DNA of 64,000 nucleotides, from the NCBI GenBank assembly GCA_028534125.1, contig CM052817.1:50780001-50844000 (forward strand), in the 5' to 3' direction. This DNA comes from Lama glama. Taxonomy: Eukaryota. The notes beneath the pieces are model-generated. The model made no database searches. It saw nothing but the letters and a program-made list of their open reading frames with translations, and had not been told where the DNA came from. The translations under genes were made by a program, and so were the position numbers. This document shows, one piece after another, positions 50,414 to 64,000 of this stretch (positions are counted from its first letter, which is position 1; every line of letters begins with the position of its first letter).

Positions 50414-53400
50414 TCCCTAAGAAATTCTTTCTTTATTAAACAGTTATAAATGGAGCAATGTCCTTAGGAAAACTCTGTGGAAGATTTGCCATGTCACTCC
50501 AAGATCACCCAGCATCTGGGACACAGAGGTTCACTGTCAGGATAAGAGTAGAAGTTCATTACAGGAGCCCACAGTAATATCATTGAATGACATAAGTTGT
50601 CTTCTCCAGAGCACTGCTGTGTGCTAAGTTCTGGGCTCTCGAGTGTTTATTTTTCAGTAGATGCTCTCCTGAATCAAATTTGTGCCAAGTTTTGCACAAT
50701 GTCTTATGTTCATTATCAGGACAACGGTATGAAATATTGAATAGGAAGTTATCACTGTGGCCAATATAAAAGATTAAATAGACCTGTCAGTCTCTTCTCA
50801 GAAAGAAAGCATGGTATTCAGAGAGAACAGAAACAGAATCAGACATCCAGATAGGGATTCAGACCAAAATATTATATTCTTTGTTTCCTGTATCATGAGG
50901 TGTTTCTCTGTTATTCTTAAGCACAATGAAATTAAGAAACTCAATGAATTTCTACAAAGATGGAATATTTTCTTCTTTTTAAAAGTGGAAAACTACAACT
51001 TAAAACTTCCTTGAAAATAAGCTATGCTGAAACTAGGAAACACATACTTGAAGTTAGGATTCAGTGATGAAGTAATGATTTTCACAAAATTTATGTTGCA
51101 GTCTCAGAACCTAAAATATAACATTTAAATATGAAGGTAGGAAGCTATGGAGTTCAATAAAATAACAAGAAATAACTTGGAAATTTGTTAAATACATAGG
51201 TTTCTGAAAACTCACAGTAGTAGATGTTAAACATTTCTTCTGAGAGAAACTGAAGTTAAGATCTAGTTCTCATTTTTTTTCCTTTTTTTCCTCTTGCCAC
51301 CATGTCTCTGCAGGACAATGACAAACTGCCTTAGAAAGCAATTGACCATTAAGACAATGGCTTGTCAGGAACCTGGAGTTGTTTGGACTTGTTTGTTGCA
51401 GTTTAGAAAGGAACAGCCTCCTACCCTGTCTAGGCAAACTGGCTAATTCTTTGAGACTGTTCTTGGCCAGTATTTGTGCTGGTCATCCAATCCTACTATA
51501 CTCTGGTTTAATAGATAAGGCAGGGTGCAGTAAAGAGCCTGAATTACGTTATTTGAATTATTTTTGTTAACTTCACCATATCTTACCCAGCACACTGTAC
51601 ACCCTGACCCTTCTTGAAAGCAGCTTCTCAAACCGCAGCTGCTATCACCAAAACCATGCAAAGAAAACTGATCATGTATCATTAATTCAACTTTTTTTTC
51701 AAGCCCAACTCTACCCTCCTAGTTTTGCCATGACAAAGGATTATTTGGCTTCGAATTATTTTAAGAGTCTTAGGGGTTCTTATTCCCTCTTGTGAGAATT
51801 GAACAAAATCTTTCGTGTGCCTCTAGGTTTTCTGTATAAACTATCCTCATTCAGAAAATGTATCTCAGGAAGAAAAAAAATGCAAAGTGAACCCTAGTTG
51901 ACTCATGAATTTTACATTTTGTCTCACTAAAAATGAAGAATCCGGATAGGTAATTGTTTGAAAGTAAGTATGTTATGTGTTAGGTGGGTTGACCTTTAAT
52001 TAGCCTAAAGCATGGAAGAGAGTTAAATGAAAAGAAAATAAACCTGTGCTGAAAAGTCACTTCAGAGGATTGAGCGGAGGCATGAGAGAGCAGGGCTCAG
52101 AGAATAAGTAAAGGGCATATTTTTAGGGAGGAGGGAGCTTCAGATATTTGAAGAGATGCTGTCTCTCCTATTTTTGTTATCAAAGGACCAATAAGTACAA
52201 GTGATGTAACAGATTCTTAATAATTAGGCCTCCTCAAAAGAATGAGTTAGTTTCCTGTTAGGTAGATACAGATATTATGAGATTTATTCAAGCATAATTT
52301 AGATAGTATTATACTGCAGAAGGAACAACTGCACTGTGCAGACTCTTAACTAGACAGTTTCTGATTCTGTACTTCATTCAGCTTCTGAATCAGAAGTGCC
52401 TATTCTGTGTAAGTTCCTTAGGGACAAGGTCACATCTGTTTTCTGCTTGAAACTATTTCTAACCTTAGATTAGAAATAACTCTTTAGAAAGGTAGAAAGA
52501 CTATAAACTCTGTACTACCTTTTGTTTCCCCACAGTGACTATTGCAGTGTTCTGAATATATTAGAGACTCAATAAATACTTTATGGACTAATTGGCACAT
52601 GAAAGTTTGAAAAGCACGTTCTTAGAAATGCAGCCAATAGAACTTCACAGCACACACAACCTTGTCTCAGCAGATGTTTGGACTTGAAGTGAAGTGATCT
52701 GTCTAATCTGGCACCTTGGCTTAGAAAGGCATTTTCTACTCCAGGTGGCAATGCCTTGAAATAATCACAGATGACTGTTTCCCAGCAACGAGGAGGAGAG
52801 CCTCCTGCTGCACAGAAATTTCCTAAGTTATTCCTAACAACAATTTGAAAAGAATCAATGGAGATAAACCCTAATAGTTTGGTTTATCATTTCCATTTTT
52901 TGCCATTTCTGTTAGTGTATCATCAATTAAGAATGTATGGAAGGGAACCTATTTCAATAAAAACATTGTCAAACAAATACATGCCATACAAATATGCATG
53001 GATATGTACTAGAGTAATCGTGAATAATAGCTGAATTTCATCTCAGAATAGATGAAAGAAAAAAACTGCTCCAAAATCAGATTCAAGTACTCTAAAATAT
53101 ATTTTATTATGTATATATTTCTATTTAACAAAAAAGCTTTTGATTTTTATTACTGGTTAATAAATAGTTTGATTTTCTGAATAAAGCTATCATAATATCT
53201 CAATCTACAAAGTTTCAATCCTAATTATATACATTTACAAAGATAACAGATTCCTATTCTAACAGTTCTTTGCTCCATGAAGTCAAGGTGCAGAATTCCC
53301 ACTTGCAAGTCAGTGAAACTGATCAGTTTCTGATTTTTCACAGGGAAGCATCTCTGAAAATGATAGAGAAGGGCTTACCTAATGTAGCTACTTGGCAGCA

Positions 53401-53419
53401 TGAGAGAGAGAGATAGAAG

Positions 53420-53650
53420 GACTCGGTAGGATGCAATGGTCAGGAGCACAGGCTTTAGAGGCAGACTGACGGGATCTGCACCTCACGTGCTGTGATTTCT
53501 TATGTGTATGATTTAGGCAAATTAGTTAACAATTTGTAGTTTCATTTCCTCATCTGTAAATGATAATGGCAACATAGATGATAATCTCTACTTTCTAATG
53601 TTTCTATTAATGAATTACTATGTAAAAATTGCTTAGAATGAAGACTTGAT
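53420..53650 (+). mobile_element. MIR SINE
   Basis: ggagcacaggctttagaggcagac...tttaggcaaattagttaac...catttcctcatctgtaaatgataat. Confidence 0.85.
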
Positions 53651-55019
53651 AGAACATAAGTTTTAGGTCATCCTTTGCATTTCAATTTATATGTACAGCC
53701 TATATTTACATCCTTGTTCATAAATTAATAGTTGTTTAAACCGAAAGTTACAATCAGAAGAAACATGGAATATTTCTGTCATCTGAATTTAAGGACCTAG
53801 CCACCACTTTCTTCCCGTGTTTCATTTACTAGTTAATAACTGATACTGAAAAAATACGTGGCAATTATTTGTGCAGTGTATTTTTTTATGTTGTGAATTA
53901 GTAATAATAATAATAATAATGAATCTATCAAATTCAGCAGGAAATTTATAATATAATTGCACTAACTGGTTCAATACCAATATGGGGTATTAAGTTAATT
54001 TTTTTACATGTCCTCAAAGACAAACAGCTCTATGGAGAATAACTTTTTTAAAACAGCATAATGAAAACAGGATGCACAGCTTCAAAAACAGAGGCAGACA
54101 GATACCCTGCTTTTGATTTGTGCAACTAATAGTGAATCAGTGAAGGTGAAAATAAAAGAGTTTATAACCTGAGGGAATAATTGTCCTCTGCATTTGTATG
54201 AAAAGAGATGAAGTGCTAAAGTCCATTTGGCCTACTAGACCATCCTCTGATGCCTCACGTCACAGAGCTCTGGGACTAGATCATGCCTCCAGGAATCAAA
54301 TGGGTTTCTTTCTTCCAGTTGCTGTGGTAAATCTACTGAAAACTTCTGAAATTAAACCCCCTGCTAGACAATGCACAGTCTCTTCTGTCTGCCAAGAAGG
54401 ACCACACTGGGCAAAGAGCAAAACACTGTGATGACTGTGTAGCTAAATGAAGCTTTCCTTCCTAGAAGAAACTTGAATATCAGAGGACATTTTACAAAAA
54501 AAAAATATAGCTTAAGAAAATAGCTGAAATTTTTGCATTGTTCAGTAATCGTCATCACTTATTCTATGTATTTCTTATGCCATTGGAAGAAGTAATCTAG
54601 CAGCAACAGGTAAAGTGTTTCAAAAGGTGTGCAAGTGTGGGTAAGCTAGATGCCAGTTAGGAATTAAACAGGTCAAACTTGAACCCTTTTGGTTTTACTG
54701 TTCTTGTAAGTTGTGTATATCAAATTTACCATTTATTTCTACAAACTGGTAATGAGGTTATATACACTCAGGTTAGAGTATGTTACTTTTTCTTCTTGTG
54801 GTGTTACACGAGACTTTTTGTGGCTGGTCAAAAGACAAAGAGTAAATTGCTATTTTTTAAATTGTTTTATGATGGAGGGAAAAAGGGAGAGGAGAGAATA
54901 ATAAAGCTTCAAACTGAAGAGTTCTCAATATATTGTGATGTTGGGGAAGTTAGAACTGTACCTTGTGAAGAACACTGATTTTATTTCCACGTACTGAGAG
55001 TATATGTTGAATATAAAAG

Positions 55020-55470
55020 TTAAATAAATTTAACTTAACAAATATTAATTGATCCTGTCTTACATACCTGAACTTCCAGTGGATGCTTTATGTGAATATA
55101 AGTTGAATAGTGCATGCGGTCTGATCTTGAAACACTGGAGTCAAAAACAAACAAATGAAAATAATAAACAGAGCAGTAAGTGAAATCTGCTATTGAACAG
55201 GTTTTTTAAAACATGTATTCTTGTCTTGTAAAAGAAAGAAGAAAACTAATTTTACCTGGGGTTGGAGGGACCACAGAGAATTTCTTTGAGGAGGCAGAAT
55301 TAGACATAGATCTTGTAAAATGGGTAGAATTTAGTTGGTGGATATGGTGGAGAGAAATACTCCATATAGAGAAATGTGTGATTGAAAATAGAAAGACAAA
55401 ACCTGGCCTGTGTCTGTAGATCTCTCTAAAGTCTGTACAAAATAAGATGCACACAGAAAGGAGGAGTAGA
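55020..55470 (-). mobile_element. L2 LINE 3' fragment
   Basis: acaaatattaattga start; ttctttgaggaggcagaattagacatagatcttg is typical reverse L2. Confidence 0.5.
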
Positions 55471-55884
55471 AATTAAATTTCATATATATATATATATACA
55501 CATACACATATAAAAGTTTAAGCTAAAATTATAGAAGGCTTGATTTTGATGAGAAATAGGGTTTCACATTTTTAGACATGGAAAGCATTAAAGAACGAAT
55601 CAGAGTACCATGAAAAGAGGTCTGTCTAGGGAGGTTATATCTGTGGTTATCCAATGGTTATTGCCAAGACATAACAATATCTTATTAATTAAGTCTAACA
55701 ATTGTCTTATATTCAAAATGATTACTTGTTCAATACATAAAGATATCTTTAGAATTATTTTACTTAGTATCAAAACATACGTGGTTTTGCTAGCTTTTTG
55801 GTTTATTTTGTTTTTTTCTATCAACCACACTGATCTATCGATCTATATCTATCTATAGAGAGAGAAAGAGGGAAAGAGAGAGAA

Positions 55885-56380
55885 TATCCCACATGATCTT
55901 ATAATGCAATATTGACATTCCTCCATCAAAGGTGGGTCTATGTTCCATCTCCTTGAATCTGGGCAGACGTAACTTCCTTGACCAGTGGTATGTGGCAGAA
56001 ATCATGCTAAGGCTACATGATAACAGACATGACAGCTCCTGCCTCTCTCACTCCCAGCATCTCTTTGTCCCTTCGTCTCTGCGCAATTGACCTTTAACCC
56101 AGTCACAGTGTTTTGAGAAAAGTCTGACCACATGGAAACGATGTGTAGATTTCCCCTCTGACAGCTGAAGCTAGACCCCTGGAGAAATCACCTTTAAGAT
56201 TTTTGTGTCAATGATCAACAAGATCATTTTATTCCCGAGCCTTGAGATCTTTCACACGAGACCTCAGACACTTTGAAGCAGAGATAAACTGTCTCCATTT
56301 TACCCTTGTCTGAAATCCTTACCCACAGCGACTGATAACCAGTACAGTTATGTGTAGTATGTGTAATAGATGAAGCTTAT
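55885..56380 (+). mobile_element. MaLR LTR (MLT1F/G/H-like)
   Basis: tgacattcctccatcaaaggtgggtctatgttccatctccttgaatctgggcag...tgtggcagaaatcatgc. Confidence 0.7.
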
Positions 56381-56384
56381 TCAT

Positions 56385-57380
56385 TGGCTTGTTCAAATAT
56401 TCTTCATGCTTATTGAAATTTTTACCTGCTAATCCATCATATTTTAAGAATGATTTCTTTTTAAATTTCCCAGTATTATGTGGATTTTACTATTTGCCCT
56501 TATAATTGTGAGGTTGTGTGTGTGTGTGTATGTATAAAATTTGTTACTGAGGGTGTATGTTGTAGGAATTATTGGATCTTCTGATGAATAAGCCATTATC
56601 ATTAGGTAATGACCCTCTATCTCTAGTAATGTTTTATAACATTTATTTTGTCTGAAATTCATGTAACTATTCCTGCATTCTTTCTATTATAGTTACTTGG
56701 TATTTTTCCTACTTTTTTACTCCTTCAGTTTACTTACATTTTAATTCTGTTTCTTGTAAGCAATATCAAGCTGGATTTCATATTCTATCCAATGTAACAT
56801 TTTCTTTGACCGAAGTATGTATGTATGTATATATGTATTTATGTATGTATGTATATATATTATCATTTCATTTACCATTACTACTGATACAGTTGGATTA
56901 ATTTCTAAGACCTTATTTGGTTATGTTTATCCCATCCTTTCCTCTCCCCTCTGTTTTTCTACTTTTGAATAGCTACTTATTTTTCATTTCATTTTTTCCC
57001 TCAACTGATTTTTTTTCATACTTACTGCTTTCATTATTTCCTCCTGCACCACTGAACTTCCATATGCGATAGTTAACCTTCCACCTTCCTTAGGAATTTT
57101 CCCAGGGAGGGTTTATTAGTTACACACTGCTTTGTAAGTCTGAAAGTGCTTTTTTAAGTTACTCTAATTCTTGAAATATTTTCTCAGTTGTGTAATTTAT
57201 GGGACACATTAGACTTTTCTCAATAAGTTGGGGATATTTCCCACCATCCTCAGTTTTCCTTGTTGCTACTAAGCAATTATTGGGAAGTCAGGTATTGAAT
57301 AATGGTTGGTCTTTTAAAAATAATCTACATTTTCTGTCTAGTTAATTCAAAATCACCTTACGGTCACTGATACTCTGATG
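56385..57380 (-). mobile_element. Old L1 fragment covering the ORF2 endonuclease region
   Basis: ORF 56444-56662 encodes EGHYLMIM...EDPIIPTTY...IILGNL, resembling L1 EN (EGHYIMIKG...EDITIVNIY...IIVGDFN). Confidence 0.7.
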
Positions 57381-58778
57381 AACCATCATACCAACCCTGA
57401 CAACCTACACTCAGTTATTTTTTATGAGACAAACTTGAATAACTAAAGAACGCTGTAGTAGAATTTTTGTAATTTGAAGGCTAAAACCTCTAATTTTAAA
57501 AGGTAGGATGTTTTAGAACTCATGTGAATTATTTCACGTGATAGATCCAAAGAATGACATTAGCTCTTTCTTCTAAGCTCTTTCCCAAATAATGGGAAAA
57601 TCTTTGGCTTTTTTTATATTTGGAATATTTCAAGTGTATGAATGGTTTGAGGACTGGATTTTCAAAATCTAACTTTTATGTTACAAATAAGATTTGTTTT
57701 ACCTCTTTGTGATGAAAAGGTGATATTTTTCTGTTAATGAAGTATAATTCATAGTCACTTTCCAATTTCCTGAAATACCAATTGTCAACATTGTAATTTT
57801 TTTAAAAAATGCATGAACTTCAACAATCTTCACAAAGAGCTGTCTGATGAAATATTAACTATTTGTATAGTGCTGATGAAATATTTTTATTTGATCCTTC
57901 CAGCAAAACTGTGCTGTCTATTACACTTACCTTCACTGTTTTCATAAGCACAGAACAAGATTAGTAAGATTAAATGGTTTATTGAAGTTTATAAAAATAG
58001 TACATAATAGAAGCTTTTTAACTTCAAAATTGATGCTTTTATCAGCACATTTTGACATCATCCTGCTAAAAAAATATGGAAGCAAATTTCTCCTTGCATT
58101 TGATACTTATGAATTCTTTGAGAACATAAAATATCCTGAGATATCCTTATTTAAGACTACACTTGATAGAAAACCACAATTACATGAATGGGTTTGTTTC
58201 CATTTGAATAATAAATATTTAATATAAAACATGTCATGTTGAAGGAATTAATGGCTTAATGTTTTGAGCATATCTTTCTACATGCAAAAGTCCATAATTT
58301 AACTGTGTGTTATCTCTTCATTGAAAAGATAAAAAATACTAAAATCTATAAAATAATTTTTAAAGTAGTCAACACCTCATCATCTGGATATAAAGACTCA
58401 TTCAATAACAAGTGTTTATTGAGTGTATGTTATGTGGTAAAAACTAGAGATACAGCAACAAACAAGACAGATAACCAACATGCAATAATTTGTGGGTTAG
58501 AAAGACATAAGAATTCAGTAACATTTCGAATAGTAATAAGGATATTGACAGATACTGTTTCTGCCCCACTCTATTGATTTTCATAGAAAAACTTTTATTT
58601 AAATAAACATTTTTGGCATCTTGCATTGTCACTACTCCACAGGGAGGTAGAGAGTATCCCAACTTCTTACTCTTTTCTGCTTTAGGAACTAACCTACTTC
58701 ATGGTATATGCATTATATTCTTTTCTAGGTCACTCAAGTTTTCCATGTGATATTTCAGTACTACTTGTGATAAGTGAG

Positions 58779-59210
58779 TGTTTTGACTTGAATTGTATCC
58801 CTTTAAATATGTTTAAAGTCCCCACCTCAGTACCTCAGAATGTGACCTTATTCAGAAATGAGGTCTTTATAGATGATTACGTAGTAGGGTGGGATCTACT
58901 ACCACATGACTAGTGTCCTTACAAAAGTAGAAACTTGGGAACTGGGACAGACACACACAACAAGATGGTATAAATTGGTATAAAGACACACAGGAAGAAT
59001 ACCAAGTGGAGATGGAAAGTTGGAGGGATACACCTGCAGGCAAGAACACCTGGGACTACAGAAGCTAGGAGAGAGGCACAGAACAGATGATTCCCTAGAG
59101 CTTTCAGAGGGACCATGGCTCCACCCACACATAGTTCTGGCCACCTCGACTTCGGTTTTAAGCTACTCCACTGTGGCACTTTGTTATGGTAGTCCTAGGA
59201 AACTAAAACA
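58779..59210 (+). mobile_element. Complete MaLR solo LTR (MLT1B/C-like)
   Basis: TG...CA ends, cagtacctcagaatgtgaccttatt motif, perfect 5-bp TSD gtgag (58774-58778 and 59211-59215). Confidence 0.92.
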
Positions 59211-62200
59211 GTGAGCAAAGTGTCCAATTGTGGGGTTCAGCCAAAAAAGACACGTGCTTCTTTCAAATGAAAGCAAGATTTCCAATATACTAGAAGGGAA
59301 AGAAAAGTATCACAAATAGCTTATGATGATCTTTAATCAAATGGGAGAAATGGCTTATCAACAGATTGTTGTTTTTGTTTTTTTTTAAACAAATGTTTGG
59401 CAAAAACTGACTGGAAAGCTAGTGGGACTGAAAAACTACAGAGTGACCTTAAAATCTATTTATTTTACTGGCTAGACCTATTACAGAATCAAGAGACTCA
59501 TACAACACTGAATAAACAGAGTAAGATGCGAGGAAGATAAATTCCAGGCTTTTTTTTTTAAACTTTAATAGACAGAATTTAAAATATATTATCTGGTCTT
59601 TATTTCCTTTGGACTTTGATTTTTTTCCCCCTAGGAAATTCATAGTAAAAAGGAATTTTTATTCAAATTTGGTGAAATTACATTTTATGTCTTATGATTG
59701 AATTACCTTTATGATTCAGAGTTATAACACTAAGATTAATGATGCCAATTCAAAAATAAATAGCACAAAACATTTACTCTTAAAATAATGATGCAAACCA
59801 ATGTCCCTGACATATGTATTTTTAAAATACAGTTTTTACTGATTTTTCTTTTTACTAAATTATTTTTACTACCTATTTACACTATGTTTTCCCTATCTTT
59901 TTTGTCCTTGTTATTGTTCATGGCACTGATTATTTTTACTTTATATTTGAAATCACTTGGTAGGTGAACACAAAAACATTTTTACCTAAGTGTGATAAGA
60001 AAAAGACTGAGCAAGCTGGGATGTTAAAAGTCAACATGGTACTCCTCAAACTATTTCCTTCCAATAGTAAACTTAAAAAACATCTATATAGAGCTATTGT
60101 GAGGTGATAGTCTTCACTGATCTGTTTTAATAATGCAAATTTCAAAATTTAATGACAAACTTTTTGATCTCTAAGCTAAGGCTATCAGTCTGTCGAGTGT
60201 TACGAAGCCCCATAATGATTAATAGCACCGTAATATCCACTAGATCAAAATATCCAGTGGAAAGTATATTATTTTGTTAATATGACTCATCCTCTCTCTA
60301 CTATTGATTCCTCTTCCTCAGTAAGATATTGTTAGATGAAAGACAATAAAAATAAGATAAAGAAAATATTGGAAAGTTAAGTAAGTTTTGAGATTTTATA
60401 TAGTGGTAAAATGACACTGTATTATAAATAGCTTAATGATTCTGAATTTCAAAAGTAACAATAATGTACATGTCTAATAAAGAATTTCCTTTTCTTGAAT
60501 ACATACTAGAATATACCAGACCCATGCTAGAAACATTGCGTAGATTATTCCATTTAATTAAAAAGAAACCTACATTAGTATTCCTTTCTGAACTTCTTTT
60601 TCTCCTCTGAAATGCAGAAGAAAAAGTTACCAAAGGATTATTATATATAAATATTAATATCTGTAACAGATAATATTTTGAAGCCAAGATTTGAACCCCT
60701 TTCATTCTGTTTCTAAAGCTTGTCTTCTTAACATGAGGTTATCCTGACTCTTTTTTATGTAAAATCTCAATGATTTTAATAGCTTATTATGTCAATTTGG
60801 GATATTTTATGAGCTTTATTTCTCTCTGGTACCAACTATTCAGTTCATATCTCATTAGTACCTTAAGCTGAAAAATAGAAGGAGAACTAGAACACTATGC
60901 AACAGATGAATTTTACATCTGCAGAAGATTCGTTGTGAATGAACATGAAAACTAATTGCTAACCTAAGATCTCTGGTTTTTATCTAATACTTTATTTGAT
61001 TTTTTGAGTTATAGGTCCAGCTCAATTTTCTATTCTTTTTTTCTCTAACAACCATAGAAAAATACTGAATTGTTGGGGCTCAACTTCTTTCACACTTTTC
61101 CCACACTGTTAACTTATCTTAATCTGGCTACACATACACAACGACCCCCCAAATAATAAACACTATTTTCCCTTCAACATGCTAGCTCGTAATTTGCCAT
61201 ATTTTACTCAGTATCAAAATGTAAAATTTGTCTTTAAATTCTTACAACTAATTTTTTGGCATTTATGTATGGAATAAAAAGTGAAATACATGAAAGTGAG
61301 AGATTTTTTTAATATCAAACATGCAATTTTTGGAATTTCTAGACTCTTCTTTCTTCTTTTTGTATACCCGATATTCTGTACCATGTAATACTTCCAGTAT
61401 TACTGCTCTAATTTACAAAAATCTGTATTACACTCTTAGACTTCATATAGGTGAATGCAATAACCACTTCTTTTCTACCTTAGAGATTAAGAGCTTTAAA
61501 TTCATGATTTTCTCAACATAGGAATAATTAAGGACTTTATTTTACTTTACTTCCTATGCATGGGGTAAATTAAGCATGCTCATGTTGTAATTAATACATT
61601 ATTTTCAGTTACAAATAGAGCTAGACAAACATTTGAACAAAGTAAGAAATTTTGATTATGCTTTGAGAACGATTGTCTAAAATTATTTCCAACCTCAATT
61701 TACTTCACTCTTTTTGTTCACTTCTAAAAAAGCCTTATAATTATAAACATGCAGAGAAATTTTAAAATTCAATCTTGTGTTGTTAGATCTATCATTATGA
61801 TAATAGCATTTCCCAAAGTTGGACTGCATCTTAAGACAACCATACTGATTCAATAATAACCAAATTTCACTCCTTTCCTAAAATTGCTTGAAATCTTTTT
61901 CACAATAGTGTATTGCTGTATTGAGCATGTTAATAACAATGTAGATATCTTCCAATATGGTATATAATTAGAGATAATCCTTTAGGACAAGCCTAATGTA
62001 ATTTGCCACCTATTTGCATAGTATTGTTAAATCAAATGATTGATTCAGTACATACACATATACATTAGATGGCCGTTTAAACTTTTAGTAATATTTAATA
62101 TTCTAAAATAACTCCCTTCAAGGTTTTGCCTGAATTGGTAAAAATGATCAATACTGGCATGAAATATTTGCTTCACATTTATCAGGAGAGAGGAGATAAT

Positions 62201-62449
62201 GAAAACTGTGGAAGAGAGTGAATCTTTTGAGGGAGCAAGTCAACACAGAAAAAGAGAAAGTTGAGGCTTTGAAAAGTAGAAGTAGAAAAAGGAAACTAGA
62301 AAAAAATAAGAGAAAAATGAGGGGAACCATAGTAGCTGTGTTTTTAGTAAACCGAAGGGAGAGAAATATTGTCAATCTATTGTATTAACAAGAATATACT
62401 GATACGGATTTTGATACGACTTTCAGTAGTTTTATATGCAAGTAAACAA

Positions 62450-62872
62450 TGTGTCCCAGGAGCTTCCTAGGTATTACCTGAAATTGGCCCCCATATGTGA
62501 AAGGCAGAAAGGGACCAAAGAAATAGGCAGATCACTCCGAATTAGTAGATGTCAGGTTTAATATGCAAGAGAACTAACTTACAAGGCTTGTCTTGGTTAC
62601 CCTCAAGAAGAGTAGATTTCTGCACCTGCCTACCGAACCTTGAAAGTTTATATAGAGTTCATAATTGGATTCAGTCATGTATACCATCCGAATAATCTCA
62701 ACAACATATTTCTATCTCAAGGCTATATACCCTTGGGGCAGCTTTTGGAAACAGAGAAAGCAAACAGAACACACATTCCAAGGACAGGGGGAGGGGGTTT
62801 GAAGCCTCCAACTGCCAGAGTCCAGGTCAAGGTTCGTTGACAGTCATGTCTTCTTAATGACCTGCCTCAGCA
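62450..62872 (-). mobile_element. Probable ERV1-class solo LTR
   Basis: GC-richer block with TG...CA ends, TATAAA on the minus strand (tttata near 62648) and an ATTAAA-type signal near 62557; TSD unclear. Confidence 0.55.
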
Positions 62873-63458
62873 TTGGATTTTGTTAGAATCAAGGCCTTCC
62901 TTCTTTTAAAGACAGAACTTTATTTGCCATTGTGTTAATGTAACACCTTCAGGAAAAAAAAAAATTAACCTTATTGTTCTAAGTATATTTTCAAGTGAAA
63001 AAAATCAACATAATTGTAATCAGTGAATTCTAAAATACTTAACAAGCCCTCCAAGTTGAAAATACTGATTGATCAAGATCATAACTGGTGTGTAGGGAAG
63101 TTTTCATACTCAGGTGAACCTACTGTAATTTTATCTATGGGCATATAACATCGTAGGTTAAATAATGCTTGCATTTTTAAAGTTGTTATTTTAAGTTTGC
63201 TAGTATTTCCAGTAGAGTTCAAGTGAATCTTTTGTGTATTTATAAACTGTTTTAACAAAAACTTAGTAGCTGTCAGCTACTACAAAGACAGCTCAAGGAA
63301 AAGCCTGTAGCATGAGCTGTGATAACATCAGTTATTCTGTGAAAGTAACATTAATATGGAGACCCTTCTTTCCTGTTGGAGAGTTTATTCTACAAATATA
63401 TGGTTGCTTTAGAGAAGATTGGGCTAATTTATACTTTTTTTTTTATAAATACAATGAT

Positions 63459-63647
63459 TTTTTTGTTATATATATATTTTTATTGAAGTATAGTCAGTTT
63501 ACAATGTTATGTCAATTTCTGGTGTGCAGCATAATGCTTCAATTATAAATGAACATACACATGTTCATTTTCACATTCCCTTTCACCATAAGTTACTACT
63601 GATATATTTTATATATATTAGTTAGTATCTGCAAATCTCAAACTCCC
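63459..63647 (-). mobile_element. Short camelid-type L1 3' end
   Basis: tattgaagtatagtcagtttacaatg...gcaaatctcaaactccc; flanked by acaatgat (63451 and 63648). Confidence 0.85.
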
Positions 63648-64000
63648 ACAATGATGACTTTCAAAAAGAAAATACTTTTGTTGTAACCCTCACTAGATAA
63701 AAGAAATCTGAATTACACAATTTTAGTGGTCTTGTAAATCAAATTTAATTAATTTCCATTACCTTGGTTATTAGGTTAAACTAATAAAATTATATTTCAT
63801 GTAAACTAGCATTTTCCAAAGCAAATTGTCTGGATAATGTGAAAGAACCTTATTATATTAGTTGTATCTCCAATCAGCTTCCAACAGGGAGTCTTTTTAG
63901 TTTGGATAATTTTCATTGTAGAAAGACATCAGTTAACTTTCTCTGATAAATCTGCCTAGAAGTAGTGAGCCACTTTAAATCTCAAACTTCTTAAAGAGTT

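Noticed and set aside
51296..51334. Perfect Kozak gccaccATG
   Set aside because: Opens only a 10-codon ORF (MSLQDNDKLP) and lies within a polypyrimidine/acceptor context

Overview
AT-rich (roughly two-thirds A+T), CpG-depleted mammalian genomic DNA. It is very probably camelid: it carries two Vic-1-type tRNA-derived SINEs and young artiodactyl-type L1 3' ends. I recognise no protein-coding gene. The short ORFs are chance ORFs or decayed L1 ORF2 fragments. Much of the window is interspersed repeat: L1, L2, MIR, MaLR/ERVL and ERV1 solo LTRs, Tigger/Tc2 MITEs and a U2 snRNA 5' fragment. The most informative unique sequence is a promoter-like or first-exon-like block at about 23.3-23.6 kb. It has a perfect kB site overlapping an ETS site, STAT-like and C/EBP-like motifs, a hairpin and a splice donor. 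A local ~145-bp duplication precedes it and candidate non-coding + strand exons follow it. The minus-strand bias of L1s and LTRs suggests the window lies in the 5' introns of a + strand gene or lncRNA that I cannot name. I found no convincing novel biological system. The findings are regulatory hypotheses and transposon-structure oddities. Repeat family names come from recalled consensus similarity, not from a search, and boundaries of old repeats are approximate.
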